A stretch of 64,000 nt of DNA from an uncultured bacterium. GTDB taxonomy: Bacteria > Patescibacteriota > Patescibacteriia > Patescibacteriales > UBA12465. Made by a program: the position numbers and the translations under genes. Below, one piece after another: positions 27,959 through 40,124 of the stretch. Numbering within the stretch: the stretch's first letter is position 1; each line of letters opens with the position of its first letter. A model generated the notes under the pieces. The model made no database searches. It had not been told where the DNA came from and saw only the letters and a program-made list of their open reading frames with translations. The stretch is taken from NCBI GenBank assembly GCA_938003925.1, contig CALKWQ010000022.1, positions 26,278 to 90,277 of the forward strand. Reading direction: 5' to 3'.

Positions 27959-29887
27959 ATGCATATGGGTAAAATCAAGTTTTTCTTTAATTTTGAAGAT
28001 GCTTATCTCGGTCTTTGCCTCTTCCTTTCGGCCGGGGCTTTAGTATATTTTTTATATGCTTTAGACTGGCTGGGACTGGGCGCTAGTTTTTTAATTAGCG
28101 TCATATTGTATTTAGGTTTAAGACGTAATTTGAAACCACAAACAACACCTACTTCTCCAAATGAAAAAACTAACCCTTGGTTTTGGCTTTACGCCGGCGT
28201 AACCATCACCATGCTGATTATAGCTCTTAGTCTGCTGATGGCAGTGAGAACTGAAGTTGCCCTTATTTCTCCATGGACAGTCGTAAACCCCTGGTTTTTT
28301 GTGGCCATCGCGGTGGCTAATTTGTCTTTACTGGGAACTCTTAGACAAACAGCGCGCCCCATCTTTAAAAAGGTTTTATTAGGAGCATATTATCTGATTA
28401 TTTTTAGTAGTGCGGCTATTGTTTACAAACTAGGCTATGGTTTCGACCCCTTTATTCACCAAGCGGCCATGGAGGAAATCAGCCAACATGGCTACATACT
28501 ACCCAAAACTCCTTATTATATAGGCTTATATACCTTGGTGGTTGCTATCCACAAAATTAGTGGCCTAAGTTTATTCATACTAAATCAATGGTTATTACCT
28601 GTCTTGAGCGCCTTACTACTGCCTAGCCTGCTATCATACTTACATCAAGGCCGTAGCGATAAACAGGCCACGTGGCTAGCTAGTCTGGCTTTAACTGCTA
28701 TTGGTTTTTCGCCCCTGATTTTAACCACCCCCCAGAATTTCAGCTATCTGTTACTGCTAGCAACCGTCATTTTTGTTTATAAAAATAGTGCTTGGCCATT
28801 ACGTTTATTGTCAGCGCTGGCTACTTTTGCAGTACATCCCTTAGCGGGTATACCCGCCCTCTTATTAGCCGGATGGTCATTATTAGTCCAATCTCTACCA
28901 GACAATAACCGCTGGCACAAATATCTCCAACAACCATTATTACTTTTCGTAGGGGCCACGCTTAGTTTTTGCTTAGTAATTTGGATTATTGCCGGCTTTA
29001 ACCCGCCCACTTGGCAACATTTAAACTTAAGTCTTATTAATCCACTCCTAGCTAACAGCGAAAGCTATTGGCTAAACTTCAGTTATTTTTTTATTAACAA
29101 TTATTTCTGGTTTCTATTAGGTTTAGCGGTAGTTATAATCTTTAAACGCAATTCCTTTTGGACTAGGCTGTCAGATCCAACTACCAGAATAGCCAAGGTT
29201 CTCAGTCTAGGCGCTCTAGGAGCTATCACCGCTTACATCATTAGTCGTGGTTTCAGTTTTAACGGTTTAATCGCTTATGAACAAGACGATTATGCCGCTA
29301 GACTGCCTATCATTGCTTTGATTTTCTTACTACCCCTATACTGGGAACTAGGATATTACCTAAGCCAACACGTAAAACTGCAAACACGCGCCCAACAAGT
29401 CATCTTGGCTATTGGCCTGGCTTTAATACTTAGCATAGCTGTTTACGCCTCTTATCCTCGCTTTGACCATTATCATAACTCTCGCGGCTATTCTACTAGT
29501 GCTGCCGATGTCGCCGCAGTCAAAGCGGCTAACTATCGAGCTCAAGGTGAACCCTACTTGGCTCTAGCTAACCAACAAGTCAGTGCTGCCGCTCTAAAAG
29601 AATTGGGTTTTAGACATTATCTATCAACAGCTGCCGGCGACATCTATTTCTATCCCATACCCACCGGTGGGCCGCTTTATCAATATTTTTTAGACATGGT
29701 TTATCAGCAAGCAGACCGCGACACCATGCTTAAAGCCATGGAATTAGGAGGCGTGAAGCGTGCTTACTTAATTATTAACCGCTACTGGTGGGCGAGCGAT
29801 AAGATTATCGCTGAAGCCAAGTTAAGCGCCGATTATTGGGAAAGGATTAACCAAGGAGAAGTTTATCTGTTTGAATATCGACAATAA
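27959..29887 (+). CDS. large polytopic membrane protein (possibly GT-C-like), function unknown
   Basis: 642 aa, at least 12 predicted hydrophobic helices and a soluble C-terminal domain of about 170 aa. Divergent from the preceding gene. The start could also be the ATG at 27965. Confidence 0.55.
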   Translation: MHMGKIKFFFNFEDAYLGLCLFLSAGALVYFLYALDWLGLGASFLISVILYLGLRRNLKPQTTPTSPNEKTNPWFWLYAGVTITMLIIALSLLMAVRTEVALISPWTVVNPWFFVAIAVANLSLLGTLRQTARPIFKKVLLGAYYLIIFSSAAIVYKLGYGFDPFIHQAAMEEISQHGYILPKTPYYIGLYTLVVAIHKISGLSLFILNQWLLPVLSALLLPSLLSYLHQGRSDKQATWLASLALTAIGFSPLILTTPQNFSYLLLLATVIFVYKNSAWPLRLLSALATFAVHPLAGIPALLLAGWSLLVQSLPDNNRWHKYLQQPLLLFVGATLSFCLVIWIIAGFNPPTWQHLNLSLINPLLANSESYWLNFSYFFINNYFWFLLGLAVVIIFKRNSFWTRLSDPTTRIAKVLSLGALGAITAYIISRGFSFNGLIAYEQDDYAARLPIIALIFLLPLYWELGYYLSQHVKLQTRAQQVILAIGLALILSIAVYASYPRFDHYHNSRGYSTSAADVAAVKAANYRAQGEPYLALANQQVSAAALKELGFRHYLSTAAGDIYFYPIPTGGPLYQYFLDMVYQQADRDTMLKAMELGGVKRAYLIINRYWWASDKIIAEAKLSADYWERINQGEVYLFEYRQ

Positions 29888-29915
29888 AAAAAGCCCCGGT
29901 CATAAAGATCGAGGC
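29886..29915 (-). terminator. minus-strand-oriented terminator-like hairpin
   Basis: The minus strand reads GCCTCG-atctttatgac-CGGGGC (one mismatch) followed by TTTTTTT. The T-run lies only on the minus-strand side. Confidence 0.4.
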
Positions 29916-29966
29916 GAAGAACGGCGCATAGGTTAAAAAATAATCTCCTCAGTTGTCATCAGCATA

Positions 29967-30059
29967 CTATGCCATTAATGACCCGGTCACAAAAATGAGA
30001 ATGAATACAATTGCCACGGCAATGTTGGACAAGGTAATTTCAGAAAATAAGTTTTTCAT
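29967..30059 (-). CDS. candidate 30 aa hydrophobic peptide
   Basis: Below the track cutoff. Hand translation is MKNLFSEITLSNIAVAIVFILIFVTGSLMA. It is bracketed by an upstream 84 nt hairpin and a downstream minus-oriented terminator. No clear Shine-Dalgarno. Confidence 0.3.
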   Translation of the reverse strand: MKNLFSEITLSNIAVAIVFILIFVTGSLMA

Positions 30060-30073
30060 GGTATAGATTTTTA

Positions 30074-30157
30074 AAAGGTTTAAATTGAAAATTAGGTTCA
30101 TAACTATGTCTACTGGTGCTTACACCAATAAGCGTAGTTATGAACCTAAAAACCTTT
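30074..30157. other. 84 nt rod-like hairpin (possible 5' leader structure or small RNA)
   Basis: Perfect 15 bp stem TTAGGTTCATAACTA (30092-30106) / TAGTTATGAACCTAA (30135-30149). Apical mini-stem TGGTG-ctta-CACCA. Outer 8 bp AAAGGTTT/AAACCTTT with a 10 nt bulge. Confidence 0.6.
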
Positions 30158-30252
30158 ATTTGTCAACGTACTTAACATTTTATACAATTTGTCAATAGTA
30201 AACTGTGGATAAATATAATTATAGGAATTTATTATCTAAAATTAGCACAAAT

Positions 30253-30279
30253 AAAAAACCACCAAACTCGGTGGTTTTT
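30253..30279. terminator. bidirectional rho-independent terminator
   Basis: AAAAAACCACC-aaactc-GGTGGTTTTT, 28 nt downstream of the minus-strand gene ending at 30307. Confidence 0.7.
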
Positions 30280-30306
30280 CTTATTTTTATCTTTCAACTC
30301 AGCTTC

Positions 30307-32670
30307 TTAACGGCCCTCTTTATGATTAAACACTGGACTAACAGCAAAAACGGTCTGACCGGCGGCCGGGTGAGCCACAATCAATAGGCGGGGAGTGGAA
30401 ATAGTTTCTTTAATATTAGCCTTTAAAGAGACATTTTGCCAAGATAGAACCTTATCGCCTGTTTGACTAGAACTATACATCCTAGCAAAATCTCTAATTA
30501 ATTGAGTGTCTTCAGCGACTAAATCTTCCCCGCGAGCCTGTTTTTCGGCAATAGCTCTTAAGGCTGATAATTGCTGACCGGCATCACGGAGATTATTAGC
30601 AGCTAGGCTAGAACGGTCGTTAACACCTAAGGCTTCAAACATGCTCAACAGCATACTGTTGTGAGCGATGAGGCGATCAAAAAAGTTAAGGTTCGGCTCT
30701 ACCCAGGCATAGTCAGGCACGCTCACCAAAGAAGATAGCCCGGTTGGTTGCGCCGACTGGCTACGTAGAGTTAATTTATCTAAAGGCATTTGCATATCCA
30801 CCCATGAACCCAGAGCGCTCACAGTCATCTGTTGCCTCCAAGCGGCAGAACGCAAGAAAGGGGGTAGCTGTTCATCAGGAGTATTTAGATAGAAGCGCCA
30901 CAAGGCCAAAGAAGACCAGTAATTATTTAAATTAGACCTCATAGCTTCTTCAGCTAGTGGGCTTAGACCGCCTAAAGCCTCCTGATAATTAGCATACTTG
31001 CTATTTTCCAACCAAGCCTCTCCCTGCCAAGACGGATAAATGAAACTCAAAATATCCTGAGAAGACCCCTGACAGCGTTGATAAATTTTTTGCACAGCAC
31101 AGGCGGTCACATTGCCAGCACCTGGTTTATCGCCACCCTGATAGACTCCCACTTGTGGGTAACGTAGGCTACTGAAGATAAAATCGTTGGGCCAATAAAA
31201 ATCTGCCAAAAATTGTAGTCCGGCGTTTTTAAAACCGGTCATAGTTTTTAAATTATGCCCACCTTGCAAGGGAGAAGAGACGCGCTGCAAAAGTTGCTGG
31301 CGCAAAGTTTCCATATTATTGTCCGCATCTACGCTCTCATCGGCAAATAAAGTAATGATATTATAATCATCGCCAAACAATGATTTCATGTTATCACGAT
31401 AATCTACATAGTTCCACGTATCACGTAAACCCTTAAAAAAGGAAATGACTTTATATACTCGTGCCCATTCGTTTTTTAACTCTTGATTGTTAGTAAAATC
31501 TTGAGCAATTAGACAAGCCGCAATAAAATTAACTCGCCAATCATCTTGATCAAGCAGGCATTCCGGGCAGTTCTCGTCGCGATAATTTAAAGGAAAAACA
31601 GAATTTAGCCAAGCAGCAGTCAAATAAAAATTATATAAACGAGCATTATTATTATACTCAGCCGGCACGGCAAAAGACTTATAGTCACGATCGTAAAGTA
31701 GTACTGGCGATTTCTTATTCTCTTTAGCGGCCCTAATTAAGCTTAGCTCTTTCAGTACATCCTCGGTTAAATAGGCAGGTACTGTAAAAGAAAATTTCTG
31801 TTGTTCCTGAGGTGTAAATTTACCAGAATCAAATTTATTTTCTAAATCAACTTGATTAGCGCTAGGTTTTAATAACTCTAATGCAACTGCAAAAAATGCT
31901 GTTTCTAAACGTTCACCCTCCAATACTCGATCATTGGTATTGCCAACGGCCGCTAGATGAGATTCGTAGCGAATACGAGCGCTTTCGTATAGAGCTCGAT
32001 TAATATCCCATAAGCTTTCGTAGAACACGCCCTCTTCCACCTCTTTAAACGCCGTTTTTAAAACACTCTGATAATAATAGGAAATAAAATCAGCACTGAT
32101 AAATAAGGGAATCTGTTTATCATCTAAGGCCGCAGCTAAAGAATAAAAATTACCAGCATCTTTACCCCAGGGATTATCTATTACGGCAAAGCCGTAATTA
32201 TTTAAAGCTTCTAGACTGGTACCGAGATCTAACTTACGAGATAAATCGTAATAGTTAGCTACTTGTACTTTAACATTCATCGGCAAATTATAATCAGCGA
32301 ATTTAAACTCTCGATTGCTGCTGTCAAGCTCTGGATAAAAATCAGCGAAGTATAAATATTCAATAGCATCCATCTCCGCAACATTATTATTACCGGTCTC
32401 CGAATCTCCAGTGCCATCAAGATGAAAATCATCTAAACGCGGAGTAGTGGAAGCTATGACATTATCAGGCTGAGCAGGACCGTCATTCTTGTTTTTCAAA
32501 AACTGCCACAACCACCAAAAACCAGCGCCTAACAATATCAACAAAATCAATACCGAGACTGCAATAACTATCTTTTTTTTGTTATTATTGGAGTCAGGGC
32601 TGGGCGCAGTAGCTGCAGCAACAAAATTATTAGCACTACCCGCAGATAATTTTTCAACTTGTTCAAACAT
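30307..32670 (-). CDS. large N-terminally anchored extracytoplasmic protein, possibly DUF3160 family
   Basis: 787 aa. One TM helix (IVIAVSVLILLILLGAGFWWLW) after a short cytoplasmic head, then a long soluble region. The family assignment rests only on remembered size and architecture. Confidence 0.4.
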   Translation of the reverse strand: MFEQVEKLSAGSANNFVAAATAPSPDSNNNKKKIVIAVSVLILLILLGAGFWWLWQFLKNKNDGPAQPDNVIASTTPRLDDFHLDGTGDSETGNNNVAEMDAIEYLYFADFYPELDSSNREFKFADYNLPMNVKVQVANYYDLSRKLDLGTSLEALNNYGFAVIDNPWGKDAGNFYSLAAALDDKQIPLFISADFISYYYQSVLKTAFKEVEEGVFYESLWDINRALYESARIRYESHLAAVGNTNDRVLEGERLETAFFAVALELLKPSANQVDLENKFDSGKFTPQEQQKFSFTVPAYLTEDVLKELSLIRAAKENKKSPVLLYDRDYKSFAVPAEYNNNARLYNFYLTAAWLNSVFPLNYRDENCPECLLDQDDWRVNFIAACLIAQDFTNNQELKNEWARVYKVISFFKGLRDTWNYVDYRDNMKSLFGDDYNIITLFADESVDADNNMETLRQQLLQRVSSPLQGGHNLKTMTGFKNAGLQFLADFYWPNDFIFSSLRYPQVGVYQGGDKPGAGNVTACAVQKIYQRCQGSSQDILSFIYPSWQGEAWLENSKYANYQEALGGLSPLAEEAMRSNLNNYWSSLALWRFYLNTPDEQLPPFLRSAAWRQQMTVSALGSWVDMQMPLDKLTLRSQSAQPTGLSSLVSVPDYAWVEPNLNFFDRLIAHNSMLLSMFEALGVNDRSSLAANNLRDAGQQLSALRAIAEKQARGEDLVAEDTQLIRDFARMYSSSQTGDKVLSWQNVSLKANIKETISTPRLLIVAHPAAGQTVFAVSPVFNHKEGR

Positions 32671-32675
32671 AAATT

Positions 32676-33608
32676 TTAGGGTAAATACTGCGCTTTATTA
32701 CGCAAATGCTCTGCATAAGTAGCGGCGTAAATCATTTCCTTACTACCCGCAGGAGTCAAGAAATAATTGTAATTTGTTCTAATGGGATAAATTGCCGCCT
32801 CAATAGCTAAAATACCGGGATTACTAATCGGGCCGGGGGGCAAACCAGGATACTTATAAGTATTATAATCCGATTCCACTTGAGTGTCTTCGGTACTGTA
32901 CTGTGCCTTATTGACGCCTAAAATGTAAGCCAAGCTAGCACAAGATTGTAGAGCCTGTCCAACTTTAATTCTATCCCAAAAAATACCTGCTACGATTTTA
33001 GCATCGCGATTATCGCCGGTGGCGTAATTAATAGGAGCCTCTTTTTCTAAAATAGAAGCCATGGTCACGATTTCATAAATAGTCTTACCCTGCTTGGCGA
33101 TATCAGCGCGCATCTGCGCAGTCAAACGCTTATCGAAATTGACTAGCATTTTTTCCAATAAATCGACGGGCGTTGAACTGGAAGCATAGATACGATAAGT
33201 ATCTGGATACAGGTAACCTTCTAAGCCTCTGTTTTTGGGCTTATCGGCTAAAAAGGTAAAACGCTCAGAAAAATCTACAGGCCGAGGCAATTCACTAACT
33301 AAATCATAATTGACCTGTGGGAAACCAGCGACCTCTAGCAATTCCTCGCTTTGCCAAATACCCTGCCCCTCTAAATACTGCCCCATGTCGCGATTGGTCC
33401 AGCCCTCAACAAAACGGACAGTTTTTTCTGGACGCAAGACTACATCTTTAGGCTCATCTTTGATTAACAGAGTTTCCAGTCGGAAAAAAAAACTATTGTC
33501 CTTCGCCATTCCACTTACCAAGCTGCGACCAAAAATAAAGCTCAACGCTAACGCGGTGAATAATAAACACACAACAAATATCACAAAGTAGCGGACTAAA
33601 CGGCGCAT
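32676..33608 (-). CDS. mltG: endolytic murein transglycosylase MltG (YceG-like)
   Basis: 310 aa. N-terminal TM, ASILEKEA, IFWDRIKVGQALQSCASLAYILG and YNTYKYPGLPPGPISNPG. Confidence 0.85.
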   Translation of the reverse strand: MRRLVRYFVIFVVCLLFTALALSFIFGRSLVSGMAKDNSFFFRLETLLIKDEPKDVVLRPEKTVRFVEGWTNRDMGQYLEGQGIWQSEELLEVAGFPQVNYDLVSELPRPVDFSERFTFLADKPKNRGLEGYLYPDTYRIYASSSTPVDLLEKMLVNFDKRLTAQMRADIAKQGKTIYEIVTMASILEKEAPINYATGDNRDAKIVAGIFWDRIKVGQALQSCASLAYILGVNKAQYSTEDTQVESDYNTYKYPGLPPGPISNPGILAIEAAIYPIRTNYNYFLTPAGSKEMIYAATYAEHLRNKAQYLP

Positions 33609-33610
33609 AA

Positions 33611-34102
33611 TTATTTTTTACTATTTAATTTGGCTTTCTTGGCGGCAGCCTCGGCAATCATCGTGGAACTAGCCCTAATTTTTTTACCTAAACCATCTAC
33701 CATCTTAATTTTATATTGCTGGCAAACTTCATATTCAGGCACGTTAGCCAAGTTTTTACGATCACCGCCATTGGCAAATATGTCTGGTCTCACTTTAGCT
33801 AAAGTTTTAATGACGGGAACCTCTCCATCTGGCCAGCGATAATCATCGATAGCCAAAACTACACGATCAACATCACGCAAAGCCTTAACTATCTCCACTC
33901 GGTCTTGCTCAGACATAAAAGGCACACGACCCTTGAGCTTAACCTGCTTATCATTATTAACAATGACTACCAATTTATCACCTAATTTCTTGGCCAATTT
34001 AATCATTTCTAAATGGCCAACATGAAGTGGATTAAAATAGCCAGAAACCGCCACTAAGACTGGCTTTTTCTTGTTAACTTTATTTATTTTCTTAATAGCC
34101 AT
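33611..34102 (-). CDS. cytidylyltransferase-superfamily nucleotidyltransferase (RfaE domain II/TagD-like)
   Basis: 163 aa. HxGH motif SGYFNPLHVGHLEMIKLAKKLGDKLVVIVNND and ...DIFANGGDR. Confidence 0.7.
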   Translation of the reverse strand: MAIKKINKVNKKKPVLVAVSGYFNPLHVGHLEMIKLAKKLGDKLVVIVNNDKQVKLKGRVPFMSEQDRVEIVKALRDVDRVVLAIDDYRWPDGEVPVIKTLAKVRPDIFANGGDRKNLANVPEYEVCQQYKIKMVDGLGKKIRASSTMIAEAAAKKAKLNSKK

Positions 34103-34178
34103 ATTTAATAAATTAATATTTTTATAATCATATTATAGCAAAAAAATGGCGTTACGACCAAGACAGACTTAAAACTAA

Positions 34179-34203
34179 CAAAAAGAGGCTCGGATGAGCC
34201 TCT
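34179..34203 (-). terminator. rho-independent terminator after groEL
   Basis: AGAGGCTC-ggat-GAGCCTCT, followed by a T-run on the minus strand. Confidence 0.7.
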
Positions 34204-34225
34204 TTATGTTTAATTAAAGCGCAAT

Positions 34226-35905
<1,680 letters not shown>

Positions 35906-35918
35906 TTAATTTACTTAT

Positions 35919-36209
35919 TTATTCAATAATTGCGACAATATCGCTTTCGCTGAGAATCAGATAGTCTGCGCCGTCAATTTTCACTTCATCGGGAGAATAT
36001 TTCTTAAATACAACCTGATCCCCAACCTTAACACTCATCGGCGCTAACTGGCCATTATCCAACATTTTACCAGGACCAACGGCAATGACTTCACCTTTTT
36101 CCGGACGCTCTTTGTCAGCTGTCCCTGGTAAAACAATACCGGATTTAGTCACTTCTTCTGGGGCTGATGCCTGCACAATTACATGATTAGAAAGTGGTTT
36201 TAAGTTCAT
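35919..36209 (-). CDS. groS: co-chaperonin GroES
   Basis: 96 aa. LKPLSNHVIVQ...GIVLPGTA...GEVIAVGPG. Confidence 0.95.
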   Translation of the reverse strand: MNLKPLSNHVIVQASAPEEVTKSGIVLPGTADKERPEKGEVIAVGPGKMLDNGQLAPMSVKVGDQVVFKKYSPDEVKIDGADYLILSESDIVAIIE

Positions 36210-36307
36210 AAAAATTTAGACTCAAAATTATCCAGAAAGCTAATCCAATTGCTAAGCTTTAAAGGATTATTTTGGCTTATATTAAATTTTTTTATTAAAG
36301 ATATTGG

Positions 36308-36334
36308 TTAGCACTCACAACAGACGAGTGCTAA
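36308..36334. promoter_or_regulatory. CIRCE operator (HrcA binding site) upstream of groES
   Basis: TTAGCACTC-acaacagac-GAGTGCTAA, a perfect match to the CIRCE consensus. Confidence 0.9.
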
Positions 36335-36344
36335 GTCTACACCT

Positions 36345-36373
36345 ATTTTAAGTCTTTTGCCTTTCCCTGTCAA
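36345..36373 (-). promoter_or_regulatory. candidate groESL promoter (TTGACA-17-TAAAAT)
   Basis: The minus strand has TTGACA at 36373-36368 and TAAAAT at 36350-36345. CIRCE begins 10 nt downstream of the -10. Confidence 0.5.
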
Positions 36374-36451
36374 GACAAGAATGGAGATAAAGATAACATC
36401 TGGTAAGTATGGATAAAATATAGTAAAATTATGATATAAAATTAAAAGATT

Positions 36452-37237
36452 ATGACCATTATTCACTCTCTTCTTCTCGGTATTATTGAAGGTGTTACTG
36501 AATTTTTACCTATCTCCTCTACCGCCCACCTAATAATCGCGGCCAAAGCCTTGGGCACGCCTGACAGTGCTTTTCTTAAAAGCTTTTTAATCTCCATCCA
36601 GTTAGGGGCAATCTTATCAGTAGCAGTCCTATATGCCCGCACCCTCTGGCAAAATCCGAGATTAATCGGAAAAATAGCCACCGCCTTTATACCCACTGCT
36701 ATTATTGGTCTTGGTGTTTACAGCCTAGTTAAAGATTATTTAATGGAAAGCCTGCCACTAATCGCCACCGCCCTTCTATTGGGGGGCGCAGTGCTTATTG
36801 TTTTAGAAAAATACTTTGCGCACCGCAATCGGGACAATACCAAAATAGAGGAAGATATCCATACCGTCAGCTACCGCCAGGCCTTCTTCATCGGTGTTTT
36901 CCAAACTTTGGCCGTTATACCTGGGGTCTCACGCTCTGCTGCTACCATTATGGGCGGATTGTCTCTAGGTGTTTCTAGAAAAAATATTGTGGAATTTTCT
37001 TTCTTATTAGCTCTGCCCACCATGGCTGCCGCCACCGCCCTGGACCTATACAAAACACCGCCAGTACTGCAAGGCAACGAGCTACTAATTTGGATAGTGG
37101 GACTAATCACCGCTTTTATCACCGCTGTCTTGGGCATCAAGTTTTTCTTAAAATTTATCCAAAAGCATGACTTTCAAATTTTCGGCTGGTATCGGATCAT
37201 TCTCGGAATAGCGCTATTTATTTGGCTGGCCTTATAA
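36452..37237 (+). CDS. uppP: undecaprenyl-diphosphate phosphatase UppP (BacA)
   Basis: 261 aa. LLGIIEGVTEFLPISSTAHL and PGVSRSAATI. Confidence 0.9.
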   Translation: MTIIHSLLLGIIEGVTEFLPISSTAHLIIAAKALGTPDSAFLKSFLISIQLGAILSVAVLYARTLWQNPRLIGKIATAFIPTAIIGLGVYSLVKDYLMESLPLIATALLLGGAVLIVLEKYFAHRNRDNTKIEEDIHTVSYRQAFFIGVFQTLAVIPGVSRSAATIMGGLSLGVSRKNIVEFSFLLALPTMAAATALDLYKTPPVLQGNELLIWIVGLITAFITAVLGIKFFLKFIQKHDFQIFGWYRIILGIALFIWLAL

Positions 37238-37244
37238 TAAATAC

Positions 37245-37277
37245 CAAAAAAAGACTATCATTTAGATAGTCTTTTTT
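37245..37277. terminator. bidirectional rho-independent terminator (uppP / atp operon)
   Basis: AAAAAAAGACTATC-attta-GATAGTCTTTTTT. Confidence 0.75.
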
Positions 37278-37293
37278 AATAGGTGACAATAAA

Positions 37294-37734
37294 TTACTTA
37301 ATATTTTTGAGACGGCGCCATTTATGCAAGGCTCTTTCTCGTGCCATTTCCACTTCTAATCTAGCAGCCACCGCCGACAAATCATAACCCTCGTGAGACA
37401 GGGCTTCCGCCTTCGCTTCTTCAGCTCGTTTTCTAGCGCTTTCAATTCTAGATTCATCTAACTCATGAGCGCGCTCAGCGGTATCAGCTAAAATCACCAC
37501 TTTATCTCGCAAAACTTCAATAAATCCACCAGAGATGGCAATGATTTCCATCTCCTGATTCAAGGTCTTAATTTCCAGCACTCCGGGTTTCAAAATGGAG
37601 ACCAAAGGAATATGTTCCGGCAAGATAGTGATTTCACCAACTTGGGTAGGCACAGTTATCTGCAAAACCTCCTGTTGAAAAACTAAGCGCTCAGGCGTCA
37701 CGATTTCAAATTTAATATTTTTTTTCTCGGCCAT
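37294..37734 (-). CDS. atpC: F1 ATP synthase epsilon subunit
   Basis: 146 aa. IVTPERLVFQQEV..ITVPT..GEITILPEHIPL. Last gene of the atp operon. Confidence 0.9.
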   Translation of the reverse strand: MAEKKNIKFEIVTPERLVFQQEVLQITVPTQVGEITILPEHIPLVSILKPGVLEIKTLNQEMEIIAISGGFIEVLRDKVVILADTAERAHELDESRIESARKRAEEAKAEALSHEGYDLSAVAARLEVEMARERALHKWRRLKNIK

Positions 37735-37739
37735 AATAA

Positions 37740-40101
<2,362 letters not shown>

Positions 40102-40124
40102 AGATTAGAAGCTTGTTACAGCGT

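Noticed and set aside
30204-30212. Perfect DnaA-box nonamers: TGTGGATAA here and TTATCCACA at 3882-3890. The AT-rich 419 bp gap raised the possibility of an oriC.
   Set aside because: There is only one box at each site, with no cluster of boxes. No dnaA or dnaN is nearby, and gene orientation shows no switch around either position. Single nonamer matches are expected by chance in 64 kb. A whole-genome GC-skew analysis would settle it.
30205-30387. 60 aa plus-strand ORF in the ORF track.
   Set aside because: It runs through the bidirectional terminator hairpin (30253-30279) and into the 3' end of the 787 aa minus-strand gene. It has no SD and a low-complexity translation.
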